Origin: an uncultured Collinsella sp.
Lineage (GTDB): Bacteria; Actinomycetota; Coriobacteriia; Coriobacteriales; Coriobacteriaceae
DNA length: 64,000 bases
NCBI GenBank assembly: GCA_965146285.1
Contig: CBCTFW010000012.1
Span: 72 to 64,071 of the forward strand
Direction: 5' to 3'
The stretch's first letter is position 1, and every line of letters starts with the position of its first letter. Below, piece after piece: positions 1 to 10,764 of the stretch. Below the pieces are notes generated by a model. The model was not told the origin of the DNA and searched no databases. It worked only from the letters and a program-made list of their open reading frames with translations. The position numbers were made by a program, and so were the translations under genes.

Positions 1-6
1 AACCCG

Positions 7-1074
7 CTACACGGCCTGTGCCAGTTTCTCGGCACGCTCGGCGGCGGCGAGCGCCTCGATCACGGTGCCGAGCTGGTCACCCAAAAGGACGCCGTTGTAG
101 GTGGAGTTGAAGCCGATGCGGTGATCGGTCACGCGGTCCTGGGGCTGGTTGTAGGTGCGAATCTTCTCGGAACGGTTGCCGTGGCCAATCTGACTCTGGC
201 GCTCGGCGCCGAGTTCGGCCTGCTGCTTCTCGAGTTCCATCTCGTACAGACGGGCACGCAGCATCTGCATGCAGACCTCGCGGTTCTGGATCTGGGAACG
301 CTGCTCCTGCGACTGCACCACGGTGTTGGTGGGCAGGTGGGTGATGCGCACGGCGGAGTAGGTGGTGTTAACGCACTGACCGCCAGGGCCGGAGGCACAG
401 TAGGTATCGATGCGCAGGTCGGACTGGTTGATCTGGACGTCGATCTCCTCGGCCTCGGGAAGCACGGCGACGGTTGCTGTGGAGGTCTGGATACGGCCCT
501 GAGACTCGGTCTTGGGAACGCGCTGGACACGGTGCACGCCGGACTCGAACTTCATGACGGAGTAGACGCGGTCGCCCTCGACCTTGAACTCGATGGATTT
601 AAAGCCGCCGGCCTCGCTGGGGCTGGAATCGAGCACGGTGGTCTTCCAGCCGCGCGACTCGCAAAAGCGCTGGTACATCTTGTACAGGTCGCCGGCGAAG
701 ATGGCCGCCTCGTCGCCACCGGCGGCGGAGCGGATCTCGACGATGGTGTTCTTGTCGTCGTTGGGGTCGCTCGGGATGAGCATGTACTTGATATCTTCCT
801 CGAGCTGGGGAAGCTTGTCCTCGTTCTCGGAGATGTCCATCTGGAGCATCTCTTTCTCATCGGCATCGGTGGTGTCGCGGAGCATCTCCTTGGCAGCCTC
901 GATATCGTCGAGCGCGCTGATGTACTCACGCGAAGCGGCGATGAGGTCGGACTGGTGCGCGTACTCCTTGTTGAGACGCGTGAACTCCTTAATATCGGAG
1001 GCGACGGCCGGGTCGGAGAGCTTCTTCTCGAGCTCCTCGTAGGCCTTGATGATCTTTTCGAGCTTGTCGCGCAT
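7..1074 (-). CDS. prfA: Peptide chain release factor 1
   Basis: GGQ motif (SGPGGQ), RF1-specific PxT (VPKTES), ESGVHRVQRVP, RSEKIRTYN; AAGGAG RBS upstream. Confidence 0.97.
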   Translation of the reverse strand: MRDKLEKIIKAYEELEKKLSDPAVASDIKEFTRLNKEYAHQSDLIAASREYISALDDIEAAKEMLRDTTDADEKEMLQMDISENEDKLPQLEEDIKYMLIPSDPNDDKNTIVEIRSAAGGDEAAIFAGDLYKMYQRFCESRGWKTTVLDSSPSEAGGFKSIEFKVEGDRVYSVMKFESGVHRVQRVPKTESQGRIQTSTATVAVLPEAEEIDVQINQSDLRIDTYCASGPGGQCVNTTYSAVRITHLPTNTVVQSQEQRSQIQNREVCMQMLRARLYEMELEKQQAELGAERQSQIGHGNRSEKIRTYNQPQDRVTDHRIGFNSTYNGVLLGDQLGTVIEALAAAERAEKLAQAV

Positions 1075-1281
1075 GGCAGGACTCCTTTATATGCGTGAAG
1101 GTGAAAATCGGCAGAATTGATGGGGCGCATGGCGCCGCTGCGGGGGTAAGCCCAGCTAGAACATGTCGATCTTCAGATACATGCGCATCCCTTCGCGTAT
1201 GGGGTACATAGTTGCGGTCTAACCCATACATGATAGCGTGCGCAGGCAAACCTGCATATAACCCGCACGGAATGAGTGGAC

Positions 1282-1356
1282 GTAGCCGTTGGGGACGCTC
1301 CTTAACGACTAGTCGTTTAAGAACGCCCAACGGCTAACAAAAGGACTGTCGCTTTG
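1282..1356. repeat. REP-like hairpin (GTAGCCGTTGGGGACG...CCCAACGGCTA) followed by a degenerate copy of the GGACTGTC palindrome
   Basis: Imperfect inverted repeat 1282-1337; CAAAAGGACTGTCGCTTTG at 1338-1356 resembles the 29-bp palindrome family. Confidence 0.5.
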
Positions 1357-1363
1357 CCGAATT

Positions 1364-2779
1364 CTAGAGCGTTTGAAGCAGTGAGATGAGAAAACGGATG
1401 CCCTGGAGGTAGGCGCGGCGGGTAATGCGCTCGTTGGTGCCATGGACACCGCGATCGCATTCGTCATCGTCGACCACAAAGGCCGAGAAGCGAATGCACT
1501 CAGGGCAAATGCGCTGGTAGTTGGCGGCGTCGGTCGCACCGATCACGGTCGAGGGCACAATTGCCACTGGCTCGAATGATCCGTTTTCCTCCGTCCCCTT
1601 TGGATCACGGAAGTAGCGGGCGGCAATGGCGCGAACGGCCTCGAGCCCCGGTCCACCGACACGCGGGGACGGCGAGGGCTCGGAGCTGCCGGGGCCGAGT
1701 TCGACCTCCACGCGCCCGGCAAGGCCCGCCGCGGCAACGGCCTCGCGGCAGCAGGTAACGACATCGGCCACGCTTGTGCCCTCGAGCATGCGGAAGTTGA
1801 TGTTGGCCCACATATCCTGCGGCATTACGTTGGCGCCGGTGCTGCCACCCCCGATCTGCGTGGGTGCGCAGGTGGTCGTCACCAGCGGATAGAGCTTCTT
1901 GCTGGCGAGGCAATCGCGGACAATGGCGCCCCCGTTGGCGGCAATTTCATCCGCCGTATAGAGCCCCAGCTCGACGAGCTGTACGGCAAGCAGGTCCGTA
2001 ACGCGCGTCGGCCACTCGATATCGCAGATTGCGGCGATAGCGCGGCTCAGTACCTCGAGCGATGTGCCGCCGTAGGGGTTGGACGAATGCCCGCCCTCAC
2101 TCTTCGTCTTGAGCACAATATCGGCGTAGCCCTTCTCGGCAAGGTCGGCATGCATAAGCCAGCCCTCGCCCGCGCCATACTCGGCAGCTGGAACGATGCG
2201 GTAGTCACCCTCGTCGATCAGGTACTCAAGCTCAATGCCGCGCTCCTCGAGCACGCGGCCGATGGCGCCTGCGCCGTACTGCGTAGTCTCCTCGTCCTGG
2301 CCAAAGGCCAGGAGCAGCGTGCGCTCGTGCTCCCAGCCGTGCGTTAGCGCATACTCAACCGCCTCGAGAATGCCTGCGACCTGGTCTTTCATATCGATGG
2401 CGCCGCGACCCCAAATGTAGGTGTCGTCTACATGCCCGCTAAAGGGGGCGTACGTCCAGTCAGCCTCGGTGCCGGGTACCACGGGAACCACGTCTATGTG
2501 GCCCATGAGCATAATGGGCTTGAGGGCAGGGTCGGAACCGCTAAGCGTCACTAATAGCGAATGGTCGATAAGCTCAACCTTACCCGCCGTAAATACGTGC
2601 GGCCAAGCCTGCTGCATATACGCGCGCAGGTCGTCGAACGGCTGCCAGTTCACCGCCTCGGCATCCATACTCGAGATGGTCGGAAACGACAGCACGCGGC
2701 CCAGGCGCTCGCACGCACCAGCTTCGTCCAAATCGGCAAAATCATCCTCATGCGCAAAGAAGCGCCAAACCTCGGCCAT
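1364..2779 (-). CDS. M20/M25/M40 family metallopeptidase (Gly-X carboxypeptidase-like)
   Basis: GHIDVVP, GRGAIDMK, DEE, GGHSS, GATD and C-terminal HGTNE motifs; start set at MAEV after an AAAGGA RBS. Confidence 0.9.
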   Translation of the reverse strand: MAEVWRFFAHEDDFADLDEAGACERLGRVLSFPTISSMDAEAVNWQPFDDLRAYMQQAWPHVFTAGKVELIDHSLLVTLSGSDPALKPIMLMGHIDVVPVVPGTEADWTYAPFSGHVDDTYIWGRGAIDMKDQVAGILEAVEYALTHGWEHERTLLLAFGQDEETTQYGAGAIGRVLEERGIELEYLIDEGDYRIVPAAEYGAGEGWLMHADLAEKGYADIVLKTKSEGGHSSNPYGGTSLEVLSRAIAAICDIEWPTRVTDLLAVQLVELGLYTADEIAANGGAIVRDCLASKKLYPLVTTTCAPTQIGGGSTGANVMPQDMWANINFRMLEGTSVADVVTCCREAVAAAGLAGRVEVELGPGSSEPSPSPRVGGPGLEAVRAIAARYFRDPKGTEENGSFEPVAIVPSTVIGATDAANYQRICPECIRFSAFVVDDDECDRGVHGTNERITRRAYLQGIRFLISLLQTL

Positions 2780-2851
2780 GACATCCTTTCGATTGTGATG
2801 ACGAGGGCCGCCCCACCGGAGCGGCCCTGCCACATAAGCGTTTGCGGTCGG

Positions 2852-3637
2852 TTACTTGTCCTCGAGATAACGCGAGAGGAACTCGCGGGTGCGCCGGTGT
2901 TTGGGGTGGCCAAAGAGCTCGGCCGGCGCGGCGTCCTCGAGCACCACGCCCTTATCCATAAAGACCACGCGGTCGGACACGGTTCGGGCAAAGGCCATCT
3001 CGTGCGTGACGACGACCATGGTCATGCCGTCGGCCGCGAGCTTGCGCATGACCTCGAGCACCTCGCCCACGATCTCGGGGTCGAGTGCGGAGGTCGGCTC
3101 GTCGAACAGCATGATCTGCGGGTTCATGCATAGGGCACGAGCGATGGCCACGCGCTGTTTTTGACCACCGGACAGGCGACCCACGGCGGCGTGCGCGAAC
3201 TTTTCGAGCCCCACGCTCACCAGATGCTCCAGCGCGACCTTCTCGGCCTCGGCCTTGCTCATCTTTTTGAGCGTGACGGGCGCGAGCGTGCAGTTGTCGA
3301 GCACGTCCATGTTGTTGAACAGGTTAAAGCCCTGGAACACCATGCCGATGTCCTCGCGCAGCTTGTTAATGTTGCAGCGCTCGGCCGTAAGGTCCTGGCC
3401 GTGGAACCAGATATGGCCCGCGTCCGGAGTCTCGAGCAGGTTGAGGCAGCGCAGAAAGGTCGATTTGCCCGAGCCTGAGGCGCCGATAATAGTGACGACC
3501 TCGCCGGGGTTAACGGACAGGTCGATGCCCTTGAGCACCTCGAGCGAGCCGAAGCTCTTGCGCAGGCCCTCGACGCGGATGAGCGGCTCATTGGTCTGTG
3601 CGGCGGCCGCGGTGCCGGTAGTGGCGGTATCTGCCAT
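2852..3637 (-). CDS. Polar amino acid ABC transporter ATP-binding protein (GlnQ-like)
   Basis: Walker [49 protein letters not shown]. Confidence 0.95.
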   Translation of the reverse strand: MADTATTGTAAAAQTNEPLIRVEGLRKSFGSLEVLKGIDLSVNPGEVVTIIGASGSGKSTFLRCLNLLETPDAGHIWFHGQDLTAERCNINKLREDIGMVFQGFNLFNNMDVLDNCTLAPVTLKKMSKAEAEKVALEHLVSVGLEKFAHAAVGRLSGGQKQRVAIARALCMNPQIMLFDEPTSALDPEIVGEVLEVMRKLAADGMTMVVVTHEMAFARTVSDRVVFMDKGVVLEDAAPAELFGHPKHRRTREFLSRYLEDK

Positions 3638-3659
3638 GATGATTCTCCTCGTCTTGAGC

Positions 3660-4808
3660 CTAGTTGGAGCTGGGCAGCGTGACCGGAGCCTCGGCGCCAA
3701 GCTTTTTGCCAAAGGCCTCGAGCAGGCGGCTCGCCACGAGCGTCAGGATCAGGTAGACCACGAGCGCCACGCAGTAGACCTCCATCTGGCGGTAGTACAC
3801 GCCGGCGACGGTGGTGGTGGCGTACATAAGGTCGAACACGCCGATGACCGAGAGCACCGACGAATCCTTGATGTTGATGATGAGCTCGTTGGTGAGCGCC
3901 GGAATCGCGTTTTTAATGCCCTGGGGGAACACGACTTTGCGCATAGCCTGCCACTGCGACAGGCCCAGCGAGCGCGCCGCCTCGGCCTGGCCGGGATCGA
4001 TGGACTCGATGCCGCCGCGCAGGACCTCCATCATGTAGGCGGTGGAGTTGAGCGAGATGGTAACGAGGCCGGCGGTGAAGGTGCTCCAGATCTGGTTGGC
4101 CTGGGCGGTCTCGAAGCCCATACCGCGCAAAACGGTGAAGCCCGCGTAATAGATGAGCAGACCCTGGACCATCATGGGCGTGCCGCGCACGATGGTGGAG
4201 TAGACGGTCGCAAAGCCGCGGCCGACACTCTTAAAGAAGCGCACCAGGTCGTTGTCCACGCGATCGAAGGTCTGAATGCGCAAAAACACGAAGAGCAGCG
4301 CCAGGAAGAATGCGATGACGGTGCCGAAGGTCGCAAGCGCGATGGTGATCTCGATACCGCGAATGAAGAAGTCCCCGCTCTTGTAGGTCATGTAGACCAG
4401 GCTCGACAAAAAGTCGCTGGGGTTGGAATCCGAGACAATGCTCACCTGCACCAGGTCGATAAACGACATGACGCAGCGGTCGACAAAGAAGATCGCCGCA
4501 ATAGCAACGACGACATAACTGCCCAGGCGCGCGCCGCGACGGAAGCGCTCGGAAGCAAACGGCGACGTTTCGCGATAGTCGCTCCAGTGCATAAGCTTGG
4601 TGACCAGCGCCGCCGCCGACACGACGAGCCACACCCACAGGATCGCCCAAAGGCAATCTTGGAACACGCCCGTGGGGGCCAAGAAGCTCAGCGGCGTGGG
4701 GTTGCGCTGGCTAAACGCCAGGCCGAGCGCCGCGATAACGCTCGTGCCCAGGTATACATAACGGTGGTCGGCCTTGATAAAGGAGGCCAGGCGATTAACG
4801 GTTTTCAT
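3660..4808 (-). CDS. Polar amino acid ABC transporter permease with N-terminal membrane extension
   Basis: RGTPMMVQ and EAA loop ([12 protein letters not shown]), [11 protein letters not shown]. Confidence 0.93.
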   Translation of the reverse strand: MKTVNRLASFIKADHRYVYLGTSVIAALGLAFSQRNPTPLSFLAPTGVFQDCLWAILWVWLVVSAAALVTKLMHWSDYRETSPFASERFRRGARLGSYVVVAIAAIFFVDRCVMSFIDLVQVSIVSDSNPSDFLSSLVYMTYKSGDFFIRGIEITIALATFGTVIAFFLALLFVFLRIQTFDRVDNDLVRFFKSVGRGFATVYSTIVRGTPMMVQGLLIYYAGFTVLRGMGFETAQANQIWSTFTAGLVTISLNSTAYMMEVLRGGIESIDPGQAEAARSLGLSQWQAMRKVVFPQGIKNAIPALTNELIINIKDSSVLSVIGVFDLMYATTTVAGVYYRQMEVYCVALVVYLILTLVASRLLEAFGKKLGAEAPVTLPSSN

Positions 4809-4817
4809 GCTGCCTCC

Positions 4818-5744
4818 CTATGCCGGCTGACGGTCGAGGCACGCGTCCCACATTTGGTCGCGCTCCTCTTGGCTAATGCCCTTGAGCGTCTTGTCGATGA
4901 GCTTAAGCAGCTTGTCCGAGCCCTTGCGGCAGCCGACGTTTGCCGTGACTTCCTGCTTAAAGCCCTCGCCCTCGGCAAATTGAATCGGCACGATACCCGG
5001 GTTTTGGGCCATATAGCCCTTCTCATTCTCGGTGTTGTAGGTCACGGCGTCGCACGTGCCCTGCAGCAGGTTCGAAAACACCGTGGGAACCGAATCGACC
5101 GGGTTCTTGTGGACAACACCCGGGATCTCGTCGATGATGGTATCGAGCATGGTGTCCTTTTGGCCGAGCACCGTAGCGCCGCTAAAGTCGCTGAGCTTGG
5201 TGGCGTTTTGGTAGGGCGAGCCCTCTTTTACGAACAGGCCAAAGTAGCCAATAAAGTACGGGTCGGAGAAGCCGACGGACTCCTCGCGCTCGGGCGTGGC
5301 GCTCATGCCGGCGATGATGAGGTCGATCTGCCCGTTGTTGAGCGAATCGATAAGGCCCGAGAAACTCTGCTTGACGGCAACGGGCTCGCCACCGAGGACC
5401 TTGCAGACGATCTTGGCGATCTGCACGTCGTAGCCATCGGCATAGGCACCCTGCACGTTGTCGATGGGGATGGTGTACTCGCTGGCCTCGGAGACCTGCC
5501 AGTTGTACGGGGCGTAGGCCGCCTCCATGCCAATGCGGATCTTATCCTTGCCGATCACGGAATCGGACAGGTCGTCGCGACCGCCGCCCGTCGTGGGCTG
5601 AACCACCTTGAGCGTTGACGGGCGCTGACAGCCGGCAAGCGCGCCGGCGACGACGGAAGCGCTCGCAGCGAGAGCGCTACCCAAAAAGATGCGACGGCTG
5701 CATACCGGCTGGCGCTGCGCATCGCACTGTTGGGGAGAATGCAT
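4818..5744 (-). CDS. Amino acid ABC transporter substrate-binding lipoprotein (SBP family 3)
   Basis: GMEAAYAPYNW, GYDVQIAK, IAGMSATPER; Tat-like RRIFLG plus LAGC lipobox. Confidence 0.92.
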   Translation of the reverse strand: MHSPQQCDAQRQPVCSRRIFLGSALAASASVVAGALAGCQRPSTLKVVQPTTGGGRDDLSDSVIGKDKIRIGMEAAYAPYNWQVSEASEYTIPIDNVQGAYADGYDVQIAKIVCKVLGGEPVAVKQSFSGLIDSLNNGQIDLIIAGMSATPEREESVGFSDPYFIGYFGLFVKEGSPYQNATKLSDFSGATVLGQKDTMLDTIIDEIPGVVHKNPVDSVPTVFSNLLQGTCDAVTYNTENEKGYMAQNPGIVPIQFAEGEGFKQEVTANVGCRKGSDKLLKLIDKTLKGISQEERDQMWDACLDRQPA

Positions 5745-5886
5745 AATCTGCCTTCCCTGTTGAATCGTATGCTGACGACTTAACAGGATATACGCCAGCA
5801 ACCAGCAGCGCAGCACAAGCTCGAAAAATTAATAGACACACGGTAGTCATTGGGGACGCCGATGTTTTGGCAATGCCGGCGAGCGA

Positions 5887-5977
5887 CGTCCAGAGCGAAC
5901 AAGTGGCATGAAAAAGGCAAGGCATGACCAGAAGGTCTATGCCTTGCCTTTTGAATGACAAATTATCGCTCTGGACG
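5887..5977. terminator. Long nested hairpin, probable terminator of the aldose epimerase gene
   Basis: CGTCCAGAGCGA..AAAAGGCAAGGCAT-GACC-AGAA-GGTC-T-ATGCCTTGCCTTTT..TCGCTCTGGACG. Confidence 0.55.
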
Positions 5978-6007
5978 GCGCGCAGCATCGACCGAGCGGC
6001 GGAACCT

Positions 6008-6901
6008 CTAGAGCAAGGTAACGCTAAAGCTGCGCTTGTCCGTCTCGCCGGGAGCCAAGGTGATGGTGTTGACCTTATGCTCAAAGACGTCGTCCTCGGT
6101 ATCCATGGTGGTGTGACCGGTCCAGGGCTCGAGCGCCACAAACGGAGCGTCGTTGGCGGCAGACCACACGCCAATGTACTTAAAGCCCTCAAAGTCGATC
6201 TTGACGCCGTGGCCCGACTTGCGGCCGCGCAGCGTGAGGGTGGAGCCCGGGGTATCGGTGAACATGATGGCGTCGTTATCGAAGCTGCGGTGCGTGATGG
6301 GCAGTACGTCCGAGTTATCGGGGGCCTTGTAGCTGCCCTCGAACGTCATAAGGCCATCGAGCGTGATGATGGGGGCCTCGTTGGTCCAAGCCTCGGTAAA
6401 CGCCAGCTCGTAATCCTCGAACGTCTCGTCCTCGGCACCGGGGGCGGGCACGTTAAATGCGGGGTGGCCGCCCACCGAGAACGGCAGGTCCACGTCGCCG
6501 GTGTTGGTGACGGCAAAGGTCTGCGTGAGGGTGGCGTCGCCAGTCAGGGAATAGGTCATGTTGAGCTTAAAGTGGAACGGGAACGCCTTGAGCGACTCGG
6601 GCGTGTCGGTGAGCTCGTAGGTAACGGACGAACCATCCTCCGACACCTCGACGATCTTGTGCTCGACAATGCGTGCGATGCCGTGGCGCGCCATCTCGCA
6701 GGTGCCGGTCGCAGACGTCGCCGTATTGTTGCGCAGCGATCCCACGATGGGGAACAGGATAGGCGCGTGCTTGCCCCAAAAGGCCGGGTCTCCCTGCCAC
6801 AGATACTCATTGCCGTTGAGGGCAAGGCTCGTGAGCTGGGCGCCCATGGAATCGATGGCCGCGGTAAGGCCGCCGCGCTTGATGGTAGTGACGGTGGACA
6901 T
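6008..6901 (-). CDS. Aldose 1-epimerase family protein (LacX-like)
   Basis: EYLWQGDPAFWGKHAPILFPIVG, RHG, GGHPAFNVP, FVALEPW; GGAGG RBS. Confidence 0.92.
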   Translation of the reverse strand: MSTVTTIKRGGLTAAIDSMGAQLTSLALNGNEYLWQGDPAFWGKHAPILFPIVGSLRNNTATSATGTCEMARHGIARIVEHKIVEVSEDGSSVTYELTDTPESLKAFPFHFKLNMTYSLTGDATLTQTFAVTNTGDVDLPFSVGGHPAFNVPAPGAEDETFEDYELAFTEAWTNEAPIITLDGLMTFEGSYKAPDNSDVLPITHRSFDNDAIMFTDTPGSTLTLRGRKSGHGVKIDFEGFKYIGVWSAANDAPFVALEPWTGHTTMDTEDDVFEHKVNTITLAPGETDKRSFSVTLL

Positions 6902-6980
6902 GCTACTTCCTCCAATAGTGAACAACGGTGTCGAGGGATATTGTCCCACTCTTGGCGGCGGGGTTGAGCGGCGGGCGCAG

Positions 6981-7850
6981 TTATTGAGCAATAGCGTAAA
7001 GGTCAAACCCGCCCTGCGGCGCGCTATCGACCGTGTCGGGCGCTTGCGAATTAAAACTCACCGGAACCATGCGCTTTGAGGCGCGGTAACGCGTGCCGTC
7101 GGTGGCGACGGGCGGCTCATCCACCGTGAGCTCGTAGTCGCCGGGCTTGAGCTCGATGCCGTCACCTTCGGAATTGACGTATTGATACTCGTCGATTGTT
7201 TGTCCCTTGAGCGTGCGGCCCACGATATGGACGAGCATCTGGCTATCGCCGCGCGCGGTGTCCCACGTCGCGCCGTCCTTGACCTCGACCGACACATGTA
7301 CCGAGCGCGTACGACCGAGCGATTGCTCGACAGACATCTCGACCTTGGCGGCGTCTTTTCGCTGTTGTTCGACATGGCTCCAGACGTTTCCAATTACCGA
7401 GCATGCGATAACGCCGGCCATGAAGGCGATAAGGATGGGGCCGAGCGGCGAGCGACGTCCTGCATCTTCCTCGCGAGACAGATTGGGGCGACGTGTGGGT
7501 GCGGGCGCCTGAGCGCCCTGTGAGGGCACGTCGAGAATACTGAAGGATGCCGTGCTGTCGGGGTCGATAGTGTGACGCGGCTGCGGGGTCTTTGCCGGCG
7601 AGATCGACATGTCGGCTGGCTCGCCGAGCGTGACCGTAGCGTCGGCCTTGGCCTCGTCTGCCTCGGCCTGGGCCCAAGCTTGTTCGAAGGTCAGGGGCTC
7701 GACAGGGTCGAGGGCGGCGTCCGAGTCGGCGGCGACGTCGTTGCCGGTCTCGTCCTCGTCGCTCGACATGTCACGCAGCGCAGGCTCGTCCCACTCCTCA
7801 TCCGGAGCTTCGCCCTCGCTATACCACCATTCAAAGTTATCGATATCCAT
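6981..7850 (-). CDS. Hypothetical single-pass membrane protein (acidic N-terminus, beta-rich C-terminal domain)
   Basis: ORF with one hydrophobic segment (PILIAFMAGVIACSVIG) and an LKPGDYELTV Ig/prealbumin-like motif. Confidence 0.7.
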   Translation of the reverse strand: MDIDNFEWWYSEGEAPDEEWDEPALRDMSSDEDETGNDVAADSDAALDPVEPLTFEQAWAQAEADEAKADATVTLGEPADMSISPAKTPQPRHTIDPDSTASFSILDVPSQGAQAPAPTRRPNLSREEDAGRRSPLGPILIAFMAGVIACSVIGNVWSHVEQQRKDAAKVEMSVEQSLGRTRSVHVSVEVKDGATWDTARGDSQMLVHIVGRTLKGQTIDEYQYVNSEGDGIELKPGDYELTVDEPPVATDGTRYRASKRMVPVSFNSQAPDTVDSAPQGGFDLYAIAQ

Positions 7851-7927
7851 ACGGGGCGCCCCCTTGGCCTCGCAAATAAACACTTGCCAGCCTTATACCC
7901 CCAGACGCCACAAGGACTCGCACGGAA

Positions 7928-7956
7928 TGTGGCAAAAGGACTGTCCCTTTGTCACA
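7928..7956. repeat. 29-bp REP-like palindrome copy
   Basis: TGTGGCAAAAGGACTGTCCCTTTGTCACA, two changes from the consensus TGTGACAAAGGGACTGTCCCTTTGTCACA. Confidence 0.8.
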
Positions 7957-8083
7957 TGGATGGGTTGCGACCCCTCCCCTGGGCAGAAAACCGTCCCAAA
8001 ACCGTCCAAATAGCACCGCAAGTTCCGAGGGAAAACGTGGGAGAATGAAATCAGATGGCACCGTAGCGCAGAAAGGACTATCC

Positions 8084-8980
8084 ATGGACATCAGCCGGTT
8101 TGGCGAGTTTGTGATCCTCGCGCAGTCGCGCACCTTCCTCGATGCCGCCGACCTGCTCTTTATGTCGCAGTCGACACTCTCCAAGCACATCATGTCCATG
8201 GAGCGCGAGCTGGGCTGCACGCTCATCGACCGCACGCAGCGCCATGTGGCGCTCACCCCGCAGGGAGAGACACTCCTCACCTATGCGCAGAAGATCGCCA
8301 CGCTGCAGCACCGCTACCTCGCCGCGCTCCGCAGCGATCAGACCGCGCCCACCGAGCACATCACCGTGGGCTCGATCCCTATCATGGCGCCCTACGGCAT
8401 CACCGATGCCGTGATTGATTTTCAGCAGGCAAGCCCCAGCTACCAGGTGGAGCTTATCGAGGGCGAGGGCGACAAGCTCAAGCAGATGCTCCTGCGCGAG
8501 GACATAGACCTTGCGTTTATCCGCGACGCAGGCACCGACGAGCCCGAGTTCAAGAAAATCCCCTTTACAAGCGACCGCCTGGTGGCGGTGCTGCCGGCAG
8601 AGCACATGCTCGCCCGCCGCGACCGTATCGAGATCGGCGACCTGCGCGACGAGAACTTTCTTATGCTGCCGCGGGGCTCCTTTGTGAGCGACCTTGTGAT
8701 GGGCCTTTGCTCCGAAGCAGGGTTCTCCCCGCGAATCACCTTTACCGGCAAGCGCGCCGAGAATATCATCTCGCTCGTGGCGCGCGGTGCTGGTGCGTCA
8801 CTGCTCATGCGCAAGCCGGCCGAGTCGCTCGCCGGCAGCAGGGTGGCGCTCGTGGACATCGACCCGGCCGTCACCACACAGGTCAGGATCTTTCTCAAAC
8901 GCAAGCGCACTCAGCCGCAGGCCGTGGTGTCGCTCATAGGCTACCTCCCCTACCGCCAGTTGCTGCAGGGCGAGAGCTAG
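8084..8980 (+). CDS. LysR family transcriptional regulator
   Basis: N-terminal HTH (AADLLFMSQSTLSKHIMSMERELG..LIDRT..VALTPQG) plus substrate-binding domain; GAAAGGA RBS. Confidence 0.95.
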   Translation: MDISRFGEFVILAQSRTFLDAADLLFMSQSTLSKHIMSMERELGCTLIDRTQRHVALTPQGETLLTYAQKIATLQHRYLAALRSDQTAPTEHITVGSIPIMAPYGITDAVIDFQQASPSYQVELIEGEGDKLKQMLLREDIDLAFIRDAGTDEPEFKKIPFTSDRLVAVLPAEHMLARRDRIEIGDLRDENFLMLPRGSFVSDLVMGLCSEAGFSPRITFTGKRAENIISLVARGAGASLLMRKPAESLAGSRVALVDIDPAVTTQVRIFLKRKRTQPQAVVSLIGYLPYRQLLQGES

Positions 8981-9027
8981 CGCCCCGCAAAACCGCCAAT
9001 AAACCGCCCCCGGGCGCCCTTCAATGC

Positions 9028-9062
9028 AAAAGGGCCACGGCGGAAATCCGTCGCGGCCCTTC
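9028..9062. terminator. Hairpin terminator between convergent LysR and PTS genes
   Basis: AAAGGGCCACGGCGGA-AA-TCCGTCGCGGCCCTT. Confidence 0.6.
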
Positions 9063-9138
9063 TGACACAGGTCGGAGTATCTAGACTCGAGATGCCAGGT
9101 ATCTGAACTTAAACCACTTGGCATCTAAACTTGAAGCG

Positions 9139-10581
9139 CTAATCGACCTTGACGTTGAAGGAAGCGCCACCCTCGTCCTTCTTGGGACCCAGCACGCATG
9201 CGGCGATGAGGGCCAGAATAAAGGCGATCACGCCGGAGGCAACAAGGCCGATAAAGCCCGTGTCGATGCCAGCGGGGTTAATGAAGCTCGGGAAGCCAAG
9301 CGGGCCAGAAGCGCCAAAGGAGTAGAGCTTGGCACCCATGAGGCCGGCAACGGCGCCGCCAACACCGGCGGAGAGGAAGGTCGCCCACATAAGGCGCTTG
9401 CGGGGCAGCAAGATGGCGTAGAGCGCGGGCTCGTTGACACCGAAAATCGAGGAAACCAGAGCGGGCACGTTGACCTCGGCGTTCTCCTCGCCGTTCTTGG
9501 TGCGGATGATCATGCCGAGCACGGCGCCGGCGATGGCGCAGCCGCCAGCATAGACGAGCGGGTTGATAAGATCGTAGCCATAGGTGGCGACATCGAGGAA
9601 CCACAGCGGGATGATGCCCCAGTGCAGACCGAACATCACGAGCAGGCTCCAGAAGGTGCCGATAACAAAGCCGGCGATGGCGGGCTGGAAGCTAATGAGG
9701 GCAAGGATGATCTGGGCAACGATATTGGAGAGAACCGTCATGACCGGGCCGATGACGACGAGGCCGAGGATGCCGCAGATAAAGAGCGTGAGGATGTTAG
9801 CGAAGAACGAGCTCACGACGGCAGGCAGGATGTTAACAAAGAACTTGTGCACCTTAGCAGCCACCCACACCACGAAGATGGCGGGCAGGATCGTGGAGGC
9901 GTAGCTCTGCATAACCAAGGGAATACCAAAGATATCGCCGTAGACGTTGGACTCAAAGATGGTGCCGGCACCGAGGGTGTAGAGCGGGTCGCCGCCGGTG
10001 AGTGCCACAAGCGTGGGGTACACGAGGATGCCGCCGAGCGCCATGCCCATGACGGGCTTGAGACCGAACTTCTTGGCAGACGTCCAGCCGATGATCAGCG
10101 GGAAGTAGTAGAACACGGAGTCGCCGATAGCGGACAGCACCACGTAGGTGTTGCTGTCTTTGGCGAGCCAGCCGGCCACGCTCGCGAGCGCGAGCATCGA
10201 CTTGATAAAGCCGCCGGCCATGAGCACGCCCAGAATCGGCTGCAGGATCTCGGAGATCACCGCAAGCAGGCGCGTGAACGGGTCGCCCTTCTTGACGTTG
10301 TCGCCCTCGTCGATGTCGAGCGCGGGCTGCGCGTCAAAGCCGCCGATCTGGACGAGGTCGTTGTAGACGGCCTCAACGGTGGCGCCGATCACGACCTGGT
10401 ATTGGCCGCCGGCCTGAATGACGTCGACGACGCCCTTGGTTGCCTTGAGTTCCTCGGTCTGGGCTTTGGACTCGTCCTTGAGATGGAAGCGCAGGCGCGT
10501 GATGCAGTGGCTCACGTCCTTAACGTTTTCCTTACCGCCGATCTTTGCGATGATCTCGTCGCAAAGCTGCTGGTATTTCAT
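9139..10581 (-). CDS. PTS EIIBC component, sucrose/beta-glucoside (Scr/Bgl) family, no EIIA domain
   Basis: EIIB HCITRLR motif, QYQVVIG, EIIC FGLHW and FGVNEPALY; AAAGGAGG RBS. Confidence 0.93.
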   Translation of the reverse strand: MKYQQLCDEIIAKIGGKENVKDVSHCITRLRFHLKDESKAQTEELKATKGVVDVIQAGGQYQVVIGATVEAVYNDLVQIGGFDAQPALDIDEGDNVKKGDPFTRLLAVISEILQPILGVLMAGGFIKSMLALASVAGWLAKDSNTYVVLSAIGDSVFYYFPLIIGWTSAKKFGLKPVMGMALGGILVYPTLVALTGGDPLYTLGAGTIFESNVYGDIFGIPLVMQSYASTILPAIFVVWVAAKVHKFFVNILPAVVSSFFANILTLFICGILGLVVIGPVMTVLSNIVAQIILALISFQPAIAGFVIGTFWSLLVMFGLHWGIIPLWFLDVATYGYDLINPLVYAGGCAIAGAVLGMIIRTKNGEENAEVNVPALVSSIFGVNEPALYAILLPRKRLMWATFLSAGVGGAVAGLMGAKLYSFGASGPLGFPSFINPAGIDTGFIGLVASGVIAFILALIAACVLGPKKDEGGASFNVKVD

Positions 10582-10764
10582 GGTTCCTCCTTTTCGGGGT
10601 TGAGGCCGCAAGGCTCGCCTTCTCTTAGTCGACGTCGGTTGAGCGAAGCGTTGGGGCCCCGATTCGGAAATCCGCGACCGCATGTACGGCCGGGACACGG
10701 GATAACGGTTTGACACCGGGGGGGTCATTTCCTCCATGAGGCACCCACGGGCCGGGCGCCGGCG

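Noticed and set aside
3255..5618. 787-aa plus-strand ORF, and similar long antisense ORFs (9118-10713, 11005-13188, 16082-17503, 17529-19178, 30490-32445, 48200-50152, 61920-63503)
   Set aside because: Shadow ORFs opposite well-supported genes; high GC3 removes antisense stop codons; no recognisable motifs
5745..6007. T-box or riboswitch upstream of the amino acid ABC operon
   Set aside because: No T-box or riboswitch consensus recognised; the hairpin is explained as a terminator
10582..10764. BglG-type RAT antiterminator before the PTS gene
   Set aside because: No RAT consensus or overlapping terminator recognised, and no BglG/LicT gene nearby
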